DNA of 64,000 bases from positions 576,001-640,000 of the forward strand of contig CAWKHF010000002.1 in NCBI GenBank assembly GCA_963849325.1. Reading direction: 5' to 3'. The notes below the pieces were generated by a model. It did not search any database and was not told where the DNA came from. It saw nothing but the letters and a program-made list of their open reading frames with translations. Below are positions 23,539-34,830 of the stretch, one piece after another. Position 1 is the first letter of the stretch, and each line of letters opens with the position of its first letter. Both the position numbers and the translations under genes were made by a program. Source of the DNA: an uncultured Planctomycetota bacterium. Its GTDB lineage: Bacteria; Planctomycetota; Planctomycetia; Gemmatales; Gemmataceae.

Positions 23539-24591
23539 TCACTGCCGTACTTCCTGCCAGACTTTTTCGATCTTCTTGATAGCCGGCCCTCGGTCGAGCA
23601 GCCATTGGCAGCGCTGGAGCACTTCTCGGGGAGGATAGATCGTCGGGTTGCGCAGGAGCTTGGCATCGATCTTCGCGCGGGCCGCCTGGTTCGGCGTGGG
23701 GTACTGGACGAAATCGGCGTTGCGCGCTGCCATCTCCGGGTCGAGGAGGAAATTGAGGAAGGCGTGGGCGAGGACCGGGTTTGCCGCTCCCCTGGGAATG
23801 GCCATGCTATCGACCCATTTCATCGTACCCGTGTCGGGCAGGACCGCGCGGATGTTCTCGTTTTCAATGCGTGCTTGCGCGATGTCGCCGCTCCAGCCGA
23901 GCACGACCCAGGCTTCGCCCTTGATTAACTTCTCCTTGTAGGCGTCGGACGTGTATGCCTGTACGAGCGGCTTCTGTTTGCGCAGCACCGCCTCGACCTC
24001 GGCGAGATGGGCGTCCTCCGTCGAGTTCATCGGATGGTGCAGGTACAACAGGACGGCGGCGACGGTATTCTCGGCATCGTCGAGCATGGTGATTCGTCCG
24101 CGGTAGCGCTCGTCGAAGAGGACGCCGAAGTCCTTGACCGGCTCCTGGACATGATCGGTGCGGATGCCGACGGCGAGCGTGCCCCAGAAATAAGGGACGG
24201 AATAGCGGTTGTCGCGGTCGTACGGCGCGCCGAGGAATTGACCATCGAGGTATTTCCAGTTGGGGAGCTGGCCCCTGTCCAGCTCGGCGAGGAGACCTTT
24301 CTTGACCAGCGGCGTCATGCTGCGATCCGAGGGAAAGACGACGTCGTACTGTCCGCCGCCGGCCAGCAGTTTCGTCTCCAGTTCGGCGTCGCTGGAATAG
24401 TTGTCGTACTGGACGCGGGCGCCCGTGCGGCGCTCGAACTCCGGGATGAGGCTTGGCTCCAGGTAATCGCTCCAGTTGAAGACGTTGAGGGTCTGGCCGG
24501 CGAACGGCTGCTCACCGGACGGCTTCGCGCAGCCCAGCAGGAGCAGGCCCAGTCCCGCCACCAGTCCGAGTCGATGGCGATACGTCGTCAT
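23539..24591 (-). CDS. spermidine/putrescine-type ABC transporter substrate-binding lipoprotein (PotD/PotF family)
   Basis: LLLLGC lipobox, LNVFNWSDY, YDVVFPS, YSVPYFWGT, WSGD, WVDSMAIP. Confidence 0.9.
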   Translation of the reverse strand: MTTYRHRLGLVAGLGLLLLGCAKPSGEQPFAGQTLNVFNWSDYLEPSLIPEFERRTGARVQYDNYSSDAELETKLLAGGGQYDVVFPSDRSMTPLVKKGLLAELDRGQLPNWKYLDGQFLGAPYDRDNRYSVPYFWGTLAVGIRTDHVQEPVKDFGVLFDERYRGRITMLDDAENTVAAVLLYLHHPMNSTEDAHLAEVEAVLRKQKPLVQAYTSDAYKEKLIKGEAWVVLGWSGDIAQARIENENIRAVLPDTGTMKWVDSMAIPRGAANPVLAHAFLNFLLDPEMAARNADFVQYPTPNQAARAKIDAKLLRNPTIYPPREVLQRCQWLLDRGPAIKKIEKVWQEVRQ

Positions 24592-24723
24592 GGCAGACCT
24601 CCTTCCCAACGGCCCGGTGTTCCTTCGCCGGAATACTCCGCGGCGGGGGTTGACCGACGCCTTGCGGCCGATTCAAATAATCTTGTCCATCGGCGCATCA
24701 TACGGAAGGATCGGAGCCAGGGC

Positions 24724-25269
24724 ATGTCGGAGTTCTCGGACGCAACGTTGCTCGCACGCTTTCGCTCGGGGGACGAGCAGGCGCTGGAGACGCTGTTTGC
24801 CCGTTACGAGACGCCTCTGTTTCACTTTCTCGTCGGCATGCTCCGCAATCACCACCAGGCCGAGGACGTCCTGCAAGAGACGTTCGTGCGTGCCCTGGAA
24901 CGCCTGGATGGGGTGGACCCCGATCATCTGCGCGGCTGGCTGTTCACGGTCGCTTATCATCAGGCGATGTTGGCCCGCCGGCGACAGAAGGTCCAGCCGG
25001 CCGGCCGGCTGGACCACTCGGCGGCCGTGGTCGATGACGAGCCGGGTCCGGCGCGGCAGGCCGAGCGGCAAGATGAGGCGGGCCGACTACGGCGTCTGCT
25101 GGAGCGGCTGCCGCCGGCCCAGCGCGAGGTGATTCGGCGTCGCGTCTACGAGGGCCAGCGCTTCCGCGAGATCGCCGCCGATCTCGATTGTCCGCTCAAC
25201 ACCGCCCTGGCCCGCATGCACGAGGGACTCAAACGCCTTCGCCGGTTGTGGGAGACCGATCATGCCTGA
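24724..25269 (+). CDS. ECF RNA polymerase sigma factor
   Basis: AEDVLQETF, WLFTVA, LPPAQREV, EIA..L..P.NT..ARM. Confidence 0.9.
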   Translation: MSEFSDATLLARFRSGDEQALETLFARYETPLFHFLVGMLRNHHQAEDVLQETFVRALERLDGVDPDHLRGWLFTVAYHQAMLARRRQKVQPAGRLDHSAAVVDDEPGPARQAERQDEAGRLRRLLERLPPAQREVIRRRVYEGQRFREIAADLDCPLNTALARMHEGLKRLRRLWETDHA

Positions 25270-25492
25270 GATCGATGCCGCCGACGCCCAACGGGCCTTC
25301 CGCTACGCCCGCGGCGAAATGGACGCGGCGGAGGCGGCCGTCTTCGAGCGTCGTCTGGGTGAGGAGCAGGCACTGCGCGAGGCGCTGGGCCAGGCGGTCG
25401 AGCGGATGCGAGCCCTCGAAGGTCTCGCCCCGCCGGTCCCGCGTCCGGCCTACCGCCAGCGCGTCCGCCAACGGCTGCGGTCGATCTTGTGA
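25262..25492 (+). CDS. small protein coupled to the ECF sigma; putative anti-sigma N-terminal domain
   Basis: Overlaps the sigma stop codon; AFRYARGEMDAAEAAVFERRL resembles anti-sigma N-termini. Confidence 0.55.
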   Translation: MPEIDAADAQRAFRYARGEMDAAEAAVFERRLGEEQALREALGQAVERMRALEGLAPPVPRPAYRQRVRQRLRSIL

Positions 25493-25502
25493 GGCGCCGC
25501 GC

Positions 25503-25531
25503 TTGATGCCTCTTCCGCGAAGGACTACAAT
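25503..25531 (+). promoter_or_regulatory. sigma70-like promoter
   Basis: TTGATG-17 bp-TACAAT upstream of the BI-1/YccA gene. Confidence 0.55.
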
Positions 25532-25611
25532 AAGGTAGACTTTGGGCGTGGCAATGGCGGCGAATAACTCGCCCCGCCCCAATGTCGTTCAACCCAAGTC
25601 GGGAGCGGAAA

Positions 25612-26320
25612 ATGAGCTACGGATACGATTATTCTCTGGCCGCACAGGCGGCGGGCAGCGAACGCGCCGCCTTCATCCGCCGTACCTACGCCCACCTGGC
25701 CGGCGCCATCCTGGCCTTCATGGGCGTCGAGGCGCTGTTGCTGAATATGCTCAGCCTCGACCAACAGCAGATGATTCTGAATAAGATGGGCGGCTACGGC
25801 TGGCTGGTCGTCATGCTCGCCTTCATGGGCGCCAGCTGGCTGGCGCAGACGCTGGGCGCAGTCGGATTCCTCCCCAGGTATGCAGTACGTGGGACTGGGT
25901 CTGTATGTCGTCGCCGAAGCGATCATCTTCTTGCCGCTGCTCATCATCGCCACGCGATACTATGAGAACGTTATCCCGACGGCCGGCATTCTCACCCTGG
26001 CCGTCTTCGGAGGACTGACACTCTCGGTCTTCGTCACGAAGAAAGATTACTCGAACCTACGACCGATCCTCTGTGTCGGCAGCCTGATCGCGCTGGGCGT
26101 CATCGTCGCCGGCATTTTCTTGGGCTTCAGCCTGGGCCTGTTCTTCTCCTTTGCGATGGTGGCCCTGATGTCGGGCTACATCCTGTATTACACGTCGCAG
26201 GTGATGCTGCACTATCGCACCGATCAGCACGTCGCCGCCGCGCTGGCCCTGTTCGCGGCCGTGGCGACGCTGTTCTGGTACATCCTGCGGATCGTCATGG
26301 CCGTCAGCAGCCGCGATTAA
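25612..26320 (+). CDS. Bax inhibitor-1/YccA family membrane protein, frameshifted
   Basis: [12 protein letters not shown], several TM helices, [14 protein letters not shown]. Confidence 0.85.
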
Positions 26321-26343
26321 ACGCGGACGGCAGACGAATTCGT

Positions 26344-26381
26344 GCGAAGGCCGCCGGTCGGCACGATCGGCGGCCTTTCGC
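26344..26381 (+). terminator. putative terminator hairpin
   Basis: GCGAAGGCCGCCGGTCG-gca-CGATCGGCGGCCTTTCGC downstream of the stop codon. Confidence 0.45.
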
Positions 26382-26470
26382 ATGCGCCCCTGTTTTCTGC
26401 TTGTCTCCCCACCCCGCCGCCCGTTACGATGTCCTTCACCTGCCAGGTTCATTCGCATCGAGGACACGAT

Positions 26471-27836
26471 ATGCCGAGGATTCCCGCCGTTGTCTGCCCC
26501 GGACCTCGCCGCCTCTCCCGCCGCGACATCCTGCAAGTAGGCGGCGCCGGCCTGCTCGGCCTCAGCCTGCCGCGTCTGCTGCGCGCCGAGGAGCAACGGC
26601 CGGGCGCTTCGTCGGCGAAGGCGGATGCCTGTATCCTCATCTTCCTCAACGGTGGGCCGAGCCATCTCGACATGTGGGACATGAAGCCGGATGCGCCGAA
26701 GGAGATACGAGGCGAATTCAAGCCGATTGCCACCTCGGTGTCGGGCGTGCAGTTCAGCGAACACCTGCCGAAGCTGGCCCGCCACATGCACCGCTGCACG
26801 CTGGTCCGCTCGGTGCATCACAGCGTCAACAACTCGCACGCGGCGGCGGTCTACGTCGGCCTGACCGGCCACGATCGCGGCGAGAAGGGCGGCGGCGCCA
26901 AACCGACCGATCATCCGGCCATCGGCTCCGTGCTCGGCCTGTGCCGTCCGCCGAGCCAGCCGGTCGTACCCTACGTGTCGATGCCGTACATCACGCAAGA
27001 AGGGGCCGGCGGGCCGCCGCAGCCGGGCTTCTTCGGCGGTCTGCTCGGCCGGACGCGCGATCCGCTGTTCGTGCTGCGCAACCCCGACGCCCCGAACTTC
27101 GCCATGCCGGAGTTGGGTCTTGGCGCCGAGATGAACGCGACTCGGCTGGACGCTCGGCGGCGTCTATTGGATTGGCTGCGCTGCGGCGCCGACGATCGCT
27201 CCGCTCAGGAGATGGCCGGCTTCCAGGGCAAGGCGTTCGACCTGCTCGTCTCGCCGGCGACGCAGAAAGCTTTTCGGCTCGACCTGGAGCCGCTGGCCGT
27301 GCGCGACGGTTACGGCCGCAACATCTACGGTCAGAGCGTGCTGCTGGCGCGGCGGCTGATCGAGGCCGGCACGCGCGTCGCCTGCATCTCGTGGGCGCCG
27401 GACGCCAACGCCACCTGGGACACGCACGGCAAGAACTTCGTCAGCCTGAAAAACACGCTGCTGCCGCAACTCGACGCGGCGGTGTCGAGTCTGCTGAACG
27501 GACCTGGCCGAGCGCGGCCTGCTGGAACGGACAGTGGTGGCGGTGATGGGAGAGTTCGGCCGTTCGCCGAAGGTCAACGCCGCGGCCGGCCGCGATCATT
27601 GGAACTTCTGTTACAGCCTGATGCTGGCCGGCGGCGGCTTCAAGGGCGGCTTCGTTCACGGCGCCAGCGACAAGATCGGCGCCCGACCCAGTCGCAATCC
27701 CGTGACGCCCGGCGATATCGTCGCCACGCTGTACACCTGCCTGGGCATCGACCCCAACCTGGAGCTGAGCGATCGGTTGGGTCGTCCCTTCGGCCTGGTG
27801 CCGTGGGGCACGCCCATCCGCGAACTGCTGGCGTGA
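26471..27836 (+). CDS. DUF1501 domain protein (Tat signal), frameshifted
   Basis: SRRDIL, GGPSHLDMWDMKP, LLARRLIEAG, WDTH, GEFGRSP, GRDHW. Confidence 0.92.
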
Positions 27837-27989
27837 TCGGCGGGCCGATCCGAGCCTGAAGCGTAAGCGAAGGGCATCATCTCTTCGCTTACGCTTCAGG
27901 CTCGGACCTTCGTGATCGGCGGTCCGATCCGAGCCTGAAGCGTAAGCGAAGGGCATCATCTCTTCGCTTACGCTTCAGGCTCGGACCTT
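27832..27989. repeat. 79-bp tandem duplication, each unit containing a REP-like palindrome
   Basis: 27832-27910 and 27911-27989 differ at one base; each has GAGCCTGAAGCGTAAGCGAAG...CTTCGCTTACGCTTCAGGCTC. Confidence 0.9.
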
Positions 27990-27990
27990 A

Positions 27991-28698
27991 TCACTTCTTT
28001 TTGTTGGTCGGACGGATCGAGATCAACCCGCCATTGGGACCGGGCACGGCCCCCTCGACCAGGACGAGATTGTTGTCCGCATCGATGCGGACCACGCGCA
28101 GATTGCGGATAGTGACGCGCTCGGCGCCGTAGCGGCCGGCCATAGCCTTGCCCTTCTTGGGTCGGCCGCTGCCGCGGTTGCTGGCGAGCGAGCCGATGCT
28201 GCCGGGCGAGCGATGGTGCTTCTTGACACCGTGGCTGGCGGGTAGACCAGCGAAGTTGTGTCGTTTCATCGCGCCGGCCGTGCCGCGTCCCTTCGATGTG
28301 CCGGTGACATCGACGGCCGCCACGTCCTTGAAGACGTCGGCGGCCTTGAGCACGGTGCCGACCTGGTAATCGCCCGCCTGATCGAGGCGATATTCGCGGA
28401 GGTGGCGCTGCGGCTCGCAGTCGGCCTTGGGAGGCAGCTGCACGCCGGCCTTGACGCGGGCCTGCCGGCGCCGCGACTCCAGGGCGGCCGAGACGTGGCC
28501 GCGTTCCGCCCGGCTGGCCTTGCGCCGCGCCTTGTCGAGGAAGCCGACCTGCACCGCGTCGTAGCCGTCGCGCTCCTGGTTGCGCACCTGCAGGATGGGA
28601 CAGGGACCGACTTGCAGCACGGTGACGGGAGCGATTTTGCCCGCCTCGTCGTACACCTGCGTCATGCCGACTTTCAAACCCAACAGACCCAGGGCCAT
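27991..28698 (-). CDS. rplC: 50S ribosomal protein L3, stand-alone
   Basis: GLKVGMTQ, PVTVL, DGYDAVQVG, VDVTGTSKGRG..G.MKRHNF, SHG..HR.PGSIG, GAVPGPNG; intact frame. Confidence 0.97.
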   Translation of the reverse strand: MALGLLGLKVGMTQVYDEAGKIAPVTVLQVGPCPILQVRNQERDGYDAVQVGFLDKARRKASRAERGHVSAALESRRRQARVKAGVQLPPKADCEPQRHLREYRLDQAGDYQVGTVLKAADVFKDVAAVDVTGTSKGRGTAGAMKRHNFAGLPASHGVKKHHRSPGSIGSLASNRGSGRPKKGKAMAGRYGAERVTIRNLRVVRIDADNNLVLVEGAVPGPNGGLISIRPTNKKK

Positions 28699-28797
28699 CG
28701 TTCCACCTCTTCGCTTGAGCAACTGTCTGTCCGGGAGCCGTCCCGGTGAGCATCATTGCCGGGGGAGAGAATCCCCCTGATCGAGTGAGAAAAGATC

Positions 28798-28826
28798 ATT
28801 ATGCAATCGCATGGGAGGATCGACAA
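28798..28826 (-). promoter_or_regulatory. sigma70-like promoter of rplC
   Basis: Minus strand TTGTCG-17 bp-CATAAT about 100 bp upstream of the ATG. Confidence 0.6.
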
Positions 28827-28927
28827 GCCCGCCGGCCGTCTGACAGATGATGGCCTCGTCCCGAGAAATCCGCTAGGTTGTCTGTCGGATCGCCCTCTGC
28901 AAGCCGCCCAACGAACCGGAGCCATCG

Positions 28928-30194
28928 ATGAAAACGCTTCTCGCCGGGCTGGGAATCGGTCTCTTGCTGGTGCTCCCGAGCGACAGTCCGGCCGAGGACT
29001 GGCCCGGATGGCGCGGATCGAGCGGACAAGGCATCAGCACGGAGAAAGACCTGCCGCTCCACTGGGGCGGTAAGGAACGCCGCAACATCCGCTGGCAGGC
29101 GCTCCTGCCCGGCCAGAACGACAAGGCGAAACAGGACCAGAACCAGTCCAGCCCCATCGTCAGCCGTGGCCGCGTCTTCGTCACCGCCAGCTACTGGCCG
29201 GCCGGCGTCGAGCCGAAGCAATTTCCCGAGCATCACGTCGTCTGCTTCCGTGCCCGCGATGGCGAGAAACTCTGGGACACACGCATTGAGCACGGTCCCT
29301 GGTCGCGCGCAGCGACCTGCGCGGCGGGTACACGGCGCCGACGCCGGCCAGCGACGGCGAACAGGTGTACGTCTTTTTCGGCTCGTCCGTCCTGGCCGCG
29401 CTCGACTTCGAGGGCAAACCACGGTGGCGCCGGGAGATCGCGCCGTACAAGTTCGACGTGGCCATCGGCACCAGTCCGGTGCTGTACCGCGACACGGTCC
29501 TCTTGCAGTGCGATCAGGTTGATAAGTCGTCGCGCCTGGTGGCCTTCGATCGCAAGACGGGTGAGCGGAAATGGGAGCAGAAACGGCCCAACGTCAACTT
29601 CAGCCACAGCACGCCGGTGCTGGCCGAGGTGAAGGGTCAGACGCAACTGCTGATCGCCGCCTCCAACGCAGTGCAGGGTGTCGATCCATCCAGCGGCGAC
29701 GTGTTGTGGTGGTGCGCGGCGCGGGCGACACCGTCTCGCCGGTCTACGGCGATGGCCTGGTCTATCTCGACAGCGGCCGCGGCGGCGGCGGTATCGCCGT
29801 CGATCCCAATGGACGCGGCGACGTGACGCGCACCCATCGCCGGTGGAAGGTCGATGCCGTGCCGGAGGGTTTCTCTTCTCCGGTAGTTGTCGGCGACTCT
29901 CTGTATCGCCTGACCAATCCGGAGACGCTGCGCTGCTGGAAGATGGCCAACGGCGAGGAAGTTTTCAAGGAACGGCTACCTGGCGTCTCCACGGCGGCCA
30001 GTCCGTTCACGACGCCGGAGGGACGGATTTATCTCGCCAGCGCCGGCAAGAGCTACGTGGTGAAGGCGGGGCCAAAGTTGGAGGTGCTCGCCATCAACGA
30101 TCTGGGCGATGCCAGCCAGGCGTCGCCGGCCGTGGCCGGCGGCTGCATCTTCCTCAAGGGCCGGCGATATTTGTATTGCATCGGTCGCCAATGA
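28928..30194 (+). CDS. PQQ-like beta-propeller repeat (BamB-like) secreted protein, frameshifted
   Basis: Signal peptide, EDWPGWRG, SSPIV, APTPASDG, SPVL, STPVL, ASPAV. Confidence 0.88.
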
Positions 30195-30251
30195 GGCAGG
30201 AGAAATACCCATGTACGCTGGGATGATCCGCCGTCGCGCGGGGCAGGGACG

Positions 30252-31224
30252 ATGGCCGCGATCCTGTTCGTGTTCCTGTCGGGGATGGTGCCGGCAGCGG
30301 AGTGGCAGCCGATCACGAAGGAGTTGCTTCAGACGACCAAACCCGGCTACGGCGGTCTGTCGGGCGTGGTGGTCGATCATCGGAATGGGGCCATCTACGT
30401 CGATGTCAGCGACCGCGGCATCTACCGCTCGACAGACCAGGGCCGCTCCTGGCGGCGCGTCGGCAAGGAATTCAAGGGACGGACGGAGTGGCCCGGCTGC
30501 CTGATGCTCGATCCGGTGGGCGAGGGCAAGCGGATGCTGGTCGCCACCGTCTACGGCGCGCCGGTCGCCCACGGCACGACCGAGGGCAACTGGAAGTTCG
30601 CCGACAATAAGTCCGCCCACGTGGACTGGTGCGCCGTGGACTGGAGCGATGCGGAGATGCGTTTTCTGCTGGCGCTCAAGCACGAATCGGGCGGCCTGCT
30701 CATCGCCTCGCACGACGGCGGCAAGACGTTCGCGGAGATCGGCAAGGGTTACGGACCCGCCTGGATTTTCGACCGGGATACGGCGGTGGTCGCGCGGATG
30801 AAGATGAAGGACCACCCGAACCCCGGCCTGCTGCGGACCACGGACGGAGGCGAATCGTTCCAGCCCTGCGGCGAATACGTCGTCCACGCTCTGCCGCGCT
30901 GGCACGACGGCAAGCTCTACTGGCTGGTGGAAGGGGCGCTGCTGAGTACCGCAGACAAGGGAGCGAGCTGGATGAAAGTCAGCGAACTCAAGGAGGGCCG
31001 CTTCGGACCGATTTTCGGCAAGGACGCGAAACATCTCTTCGTGCTGACCGGCGGCGACATCCTCGAGAGCCGCGACGGCGGCGCCGACCTGGTTGAAGCC
31101 GATCGCGCTGCCCAAGGAGTTGAAGGGCGTCTCGGCGCTGACGTGGATGGAGTACGATCCGAAAAACGACGTGCTCTACGCCATGAAAATGACTTCCGAA
31201 CTGTACCGGATGTCGCGGAAATGA
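30252..31224 (+). CDS. secreted BNR/Asp-box repeat beta-propeller protein, frameshifted near the C-terminus
   Basis: RSTDQGRSW, SHDGGKTF, RTTDGGESF, TADKGASW, SRDGG. Confidence 0.75.
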
Positions 31225-31263
31225 CGGCGGGCGAAGGAGGGTCTTCCTCCGCCCGCTCCGCGA

Positions 31264-31479
31264 TCAATACTCCTGGAAGCACGGACGGGCCGGATCGGAG
31301 CACAACGGCAGCGACACGCCTTCGCCGTCCGGCCCCTGTCCCTTGGCCGTGAGGATGCACCAGAAATCGCTACGTCCTTCCTGGTACTCCGGATCGCTCA
31401 CAAAACCTTCGCCATAGACGACCATGGCCTTGCAGCACAGGTGCGGACAGCGCGGACGGTATGGGGATTCGTCGGACAT
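31264..31479 (-). CDS. small Cys-rich hypothetical protein
   Basis: 71 aa with CPHLCCK...FWC..T....GPD.......C......CF; GAGG upstream of the ATG. Confidence 0.65.
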   Translation of the reverse strand: MSDESPYRPRCPHLCCKAMVVYGEGFVSDPEYQEGRSDFWCILTAKGQGPDGEGVSLPLCSDPARPCFQEY

Positions 31480-31501
31480 GATGGAACCCTCCTATGTTCT
31501 G

Positions 31502-31558
31502 CCGAGCCGCGAGCGTCAGCGAGTGGGACGATTCCGCTCGCTAACGCTCGCGGCTCGG
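31502..31558. repeat. REP-like palindrome (GAGCCGCGAGCG family)
   Basis: CCGAGCCGCGAGCGTCAGCGAG...CTCGCTAACGCTCGCGGCTCGG. Confidence 0.85.
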
Positions 31559-31571
31559 ACGGATGGGGTTG

Positions 31572-32590
31572 TTACACTTCCCAGTATTTCTTGTGCCCGG
31601 CCGCCGTCAGCAGGGCGCGCTTGACGGCGACGGCCACCAGCTTGACCTTGTAGGCGTTCTGGCTCAGCGGCTTGGCGCCCTCGGCGGCGGCGGCGCCGGC
31701 CGCGGCCGCCGTCGCTTCCGTCACCTTCTTCGCCCTCGATCGCCTTGGCCGCCGCCTCGGCGACGTGCGGCGTCGGTGCGACGTGGCCCAGCACGATGCG
31801 GGCGTCCTTGACCTTGCCGTCCTCAAGCTGGAACGCGACGGCCGCTTGCACCAGCGGCCAGTCGTACGACTGCTTGTGCCGCACCTCGTAGCTGGCGTTC
31901 TTGACGCTACCCGCTGGCTTCGGATCGAATGCCACGGAGATCACCATCTCGTTCGGCTTCAGGACGTGCTCGCGCTCCGCCGCCGAGTCGGGCGCTGGAA
32001 GAACTTGGCCAGTTCAATGGGACGGCTCTGGCCGTGCGGGCCGACCACGACGGCGGTGGCGCCCAGGGCGATCAGCGCCGGCGCCAGCGTCGAAGGATTG
32101 ACGATGACGCACTTGTGGCCCTGGGTGAAGATGGCGTGGTAGCGGTTCTCGCCGTCGATGGCGAAGCACTTGTCGCCGCCCTTGAGCAGGCAGTGCGTAT
32201 GCTCGTCGCGGAAGTACCAGCAGCGGTTGCGCTGGCACAGGTTGCCGCCGAGCGTGCCCATGTTGCGGATCTGCGGCCCGCCGATGTCGCCGGCCGCCGT
32301 GGTCAGGGCCGGGAAGTGCTTGCGCAATTTGGGGTGCTCGGCGATCGCCGCGAGCTTCACACCGGCGCCGATCACGAATGCGGGAGGGTCGGCGATCATC
32401 TCGATGGCGGTGAATTTCCCGCCCAGGTCGCGGAGGCTGACGACCTTGTCCGGCTGGGCGATGTACTCCTTTTGCAAATCGAGCAGGTCGGTGCCGCCGG
32501 CCAGCAATTCGCGTCGTGCCCCATTTGTTATCGAGCAGGGCGACCGCCTGCTCGGGGCTGCTCGGGACGGTAATAGGTGAAGTTTTTCAT
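31572..32590 (-). CDS. xanthine-dehydrogenase-family FAD subunit with 4Fe-4S insert (PaoB/YagS-like), frameshifted
   Basis: AGGTDL, QIRNMGTLGGNLCQRNRCWYFR...C......C, PLSQNAYKV. Confidence 0.9.
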
Positions 32591-34827
32591 TTCACCCCCT
32601 CCTTTCCGCGCCAGGGCGGCCAGCACTCGTTCCGGCGTGAACGGCGTCTGCGGCACGCGGACGCCGATGGCGTTGAAGATGGCGTTGCCGATGGCCGCGT
32701 GCGTCGAGATGGTCGGCGGCTCGCCGATGCCGATGACGCCGCGCTCCGGCATGTCGTGCAGATGGACGACGATCTTCGGCATGTCCTCGATGCCGCCCAG
32801 CTTGTAGAACTCCATGTCGGCGTTGACCTGCCGGCCGGTCACGCGGTCCATGATGCGCTCCTCGAAGAGGGCGTAATTGAGCCCATGATGACGCCGCCGG
32901 CCACCTGCGACTCGCAGGTCAGCTGGTTGACGACCATGCCGCAGTCCTGCACGGCCACGATCTGCGTGCAGCGGACCACGCCGGTTTCGGTGTCCACGGC
33001 GACCTCGGCGATCTGCACGCCGCCGACGCCGGTGCTGGAGACGTCCTTGTTCTCCGCCTTGGTCGAGTCGCCGTAGGTCCAGCTGCCGGTCCCCTTGGCC
33101 TGCTCCATGCCCAGCACGGCGCACGCCTTCTTCCACTCCCACGACTTGCCGCTGGTCGTATCGACCACCTTGCCCGGCTCGATGGCCAGGTTTTCGGCCT
33201 TGGTGTTGAGCTTCGGCGCGATCTTGGCGAACAGGTCGTCGCGCGCCGCCGTGGCCGCCCGCAGGGTGGCGGGCGCCTGCGACGGGGATGGTCGTGCTGC
33301 CGCCCGAGCCGCTGGAGGCACCGTTGGGACTTTCGCCGAATTGCAAGGTGATTTGTCCCGGCTCCAGGCCGAGGATTTCCGCCGTCACGAGGGCCGTCAC
33401 GGTGCGCTGTGCCGGTGCCGAGATCCTGCGTCGAAGTGCGGGCCGTCACCGAGCCGTCGGCGGCGATGGTGATGGTGCACTCGTTGAGCTGCGGGCTGGC
33501 CTGCCCGCCCCAGGTGTGCAGGGCCATGCCGATGCCGTGCTTGATCGACGCCGGGCGTCTGGCCCGGCGGGTGCCATTTCTCCTTCCACTTCGCCAGGCC
33601 TGCGGCGATCTCGATCTCGCTGCGTGTAGATCGTGTTCTTGCAGAGCGTCCAGCGAGTGCGGGGCCGATTTGACCTTCACCGGATCGTTTTGCGGCAGGT
33701 TCTTCAGCCGCAATTGCAGCGGGTCCATGCCGAGCTTGGCCGCCAGGTCGTCGAGGATGAACTCGGTGAGCGTGCAGTTCTGCGGATGGTTGGGCGCCCG
33801 CATGGCCCGCTGCTGGCCGGCGTTGGTGCGGATGCGCGTGTGCTTGCGGTTGATACGCAAACGGATAAACATAGGGCAGGGCATTGAACGTCACCGTGTC
33901 GCTGGCGCCGACGCCGGGCGTGCCGTAGCAATCGACCTCGTAGGCGGTGACCGTGCCGTCCTTGGTGGCGCCGATCTTGACCTTGCCGAAGGCCGACGGA
34001 CGATTGCCGCCGGCGGTGATCTCGCTGGCGCGATCGAGCATGAGCTTGACCGGCGCCTTGGCCTTGCGGGCCAGCTCGGCCGCGACGATGCCCTGGATGT
34101 CCGGGCCGAACTTGCTGCCGAAGCCGCCGCCCATGTAGTGCGTGATGCACTTGACCTTGCTGGCCGGCAGATCGATCTTGTACTTGCCGGCGAAATACTT
34201 GGCCAGCTGGTCGGCCGTGCCCCAGACGGCCTGCGTCGAGGCCCACACGGTCAAGCCGCCGTCCTTGTCCCACTCGGCGACCAGGCCGTGCGATTCCAGG
34301 CACTGATGGCAGATGGTCGGCACGCCGTAGCTGCCCTCGACCGTCACCTCGGCGGAGGCCATGCCCTTGTCGAACCCTTCCGACTTCGCCTCCTTGGGCG
34401 TCAGCACGTTGTTGCGTTTGCCGCCGATGGGCGAGACCGTCTTGCGGTCCTCCTTCAGAGCATCCTCTTCCTTGACGATGTGCGGCAGCACCTCGTACTC
34501 GACCTTGACGGCGCGGACGGCGTCGAGGGCGTGCTCCTCGGTGTCGGCGGCCAGGGCGAGGATTTCGTCGCCGGCGTAGTAGACCTCGGCGCCGGCCTTG
34601 GCGACGAGATGGACGGCCTTGACGCCGGGCATCTTCTCGGCGGCGGCGGTGTCGAGGTTCTTGATTTTCGCATGGGCGTGCGGGACTGCGCAGCATGATG
34701 GCGTGCAGCATGCCGGGGCGGTTGATGTCGTAGCTGTATTTCGCCTTGCCGGTCGCCTTGGCGGGACCGTCGAGGCGTTGGAGCTTGGTGCCGATGAGTC
34801 GGCGATTTTTGGCCAGGATGTCGCCAT
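32587..34827 (-). CDS. xanthine-dehydrogenase-family molybdopterin subunit (PaoC/YagR-like), frameshifted; 3' end approximate
   Basis: KATGKAKY, GGGFGSK, MRAP, QDLGTG, GGSTT, GIGEP, NAIFNAIGVR. Confidence 0.9.
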
Positions 34828-34830
34828 GAG

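Noticed and set aside
27832-27989. Possible CRISPR array
   Set aside because: Only two units, no unique spacers, unit is a REP-like palindrome, no cas genes
32528-33400. Apparent in-frame fusion of the Mo and FAD subunits
   Set aside because: The junction is a G-rich run next to an RBS and ATG, typical of an indel at a coupled stop/start; cannot be accepted without reads
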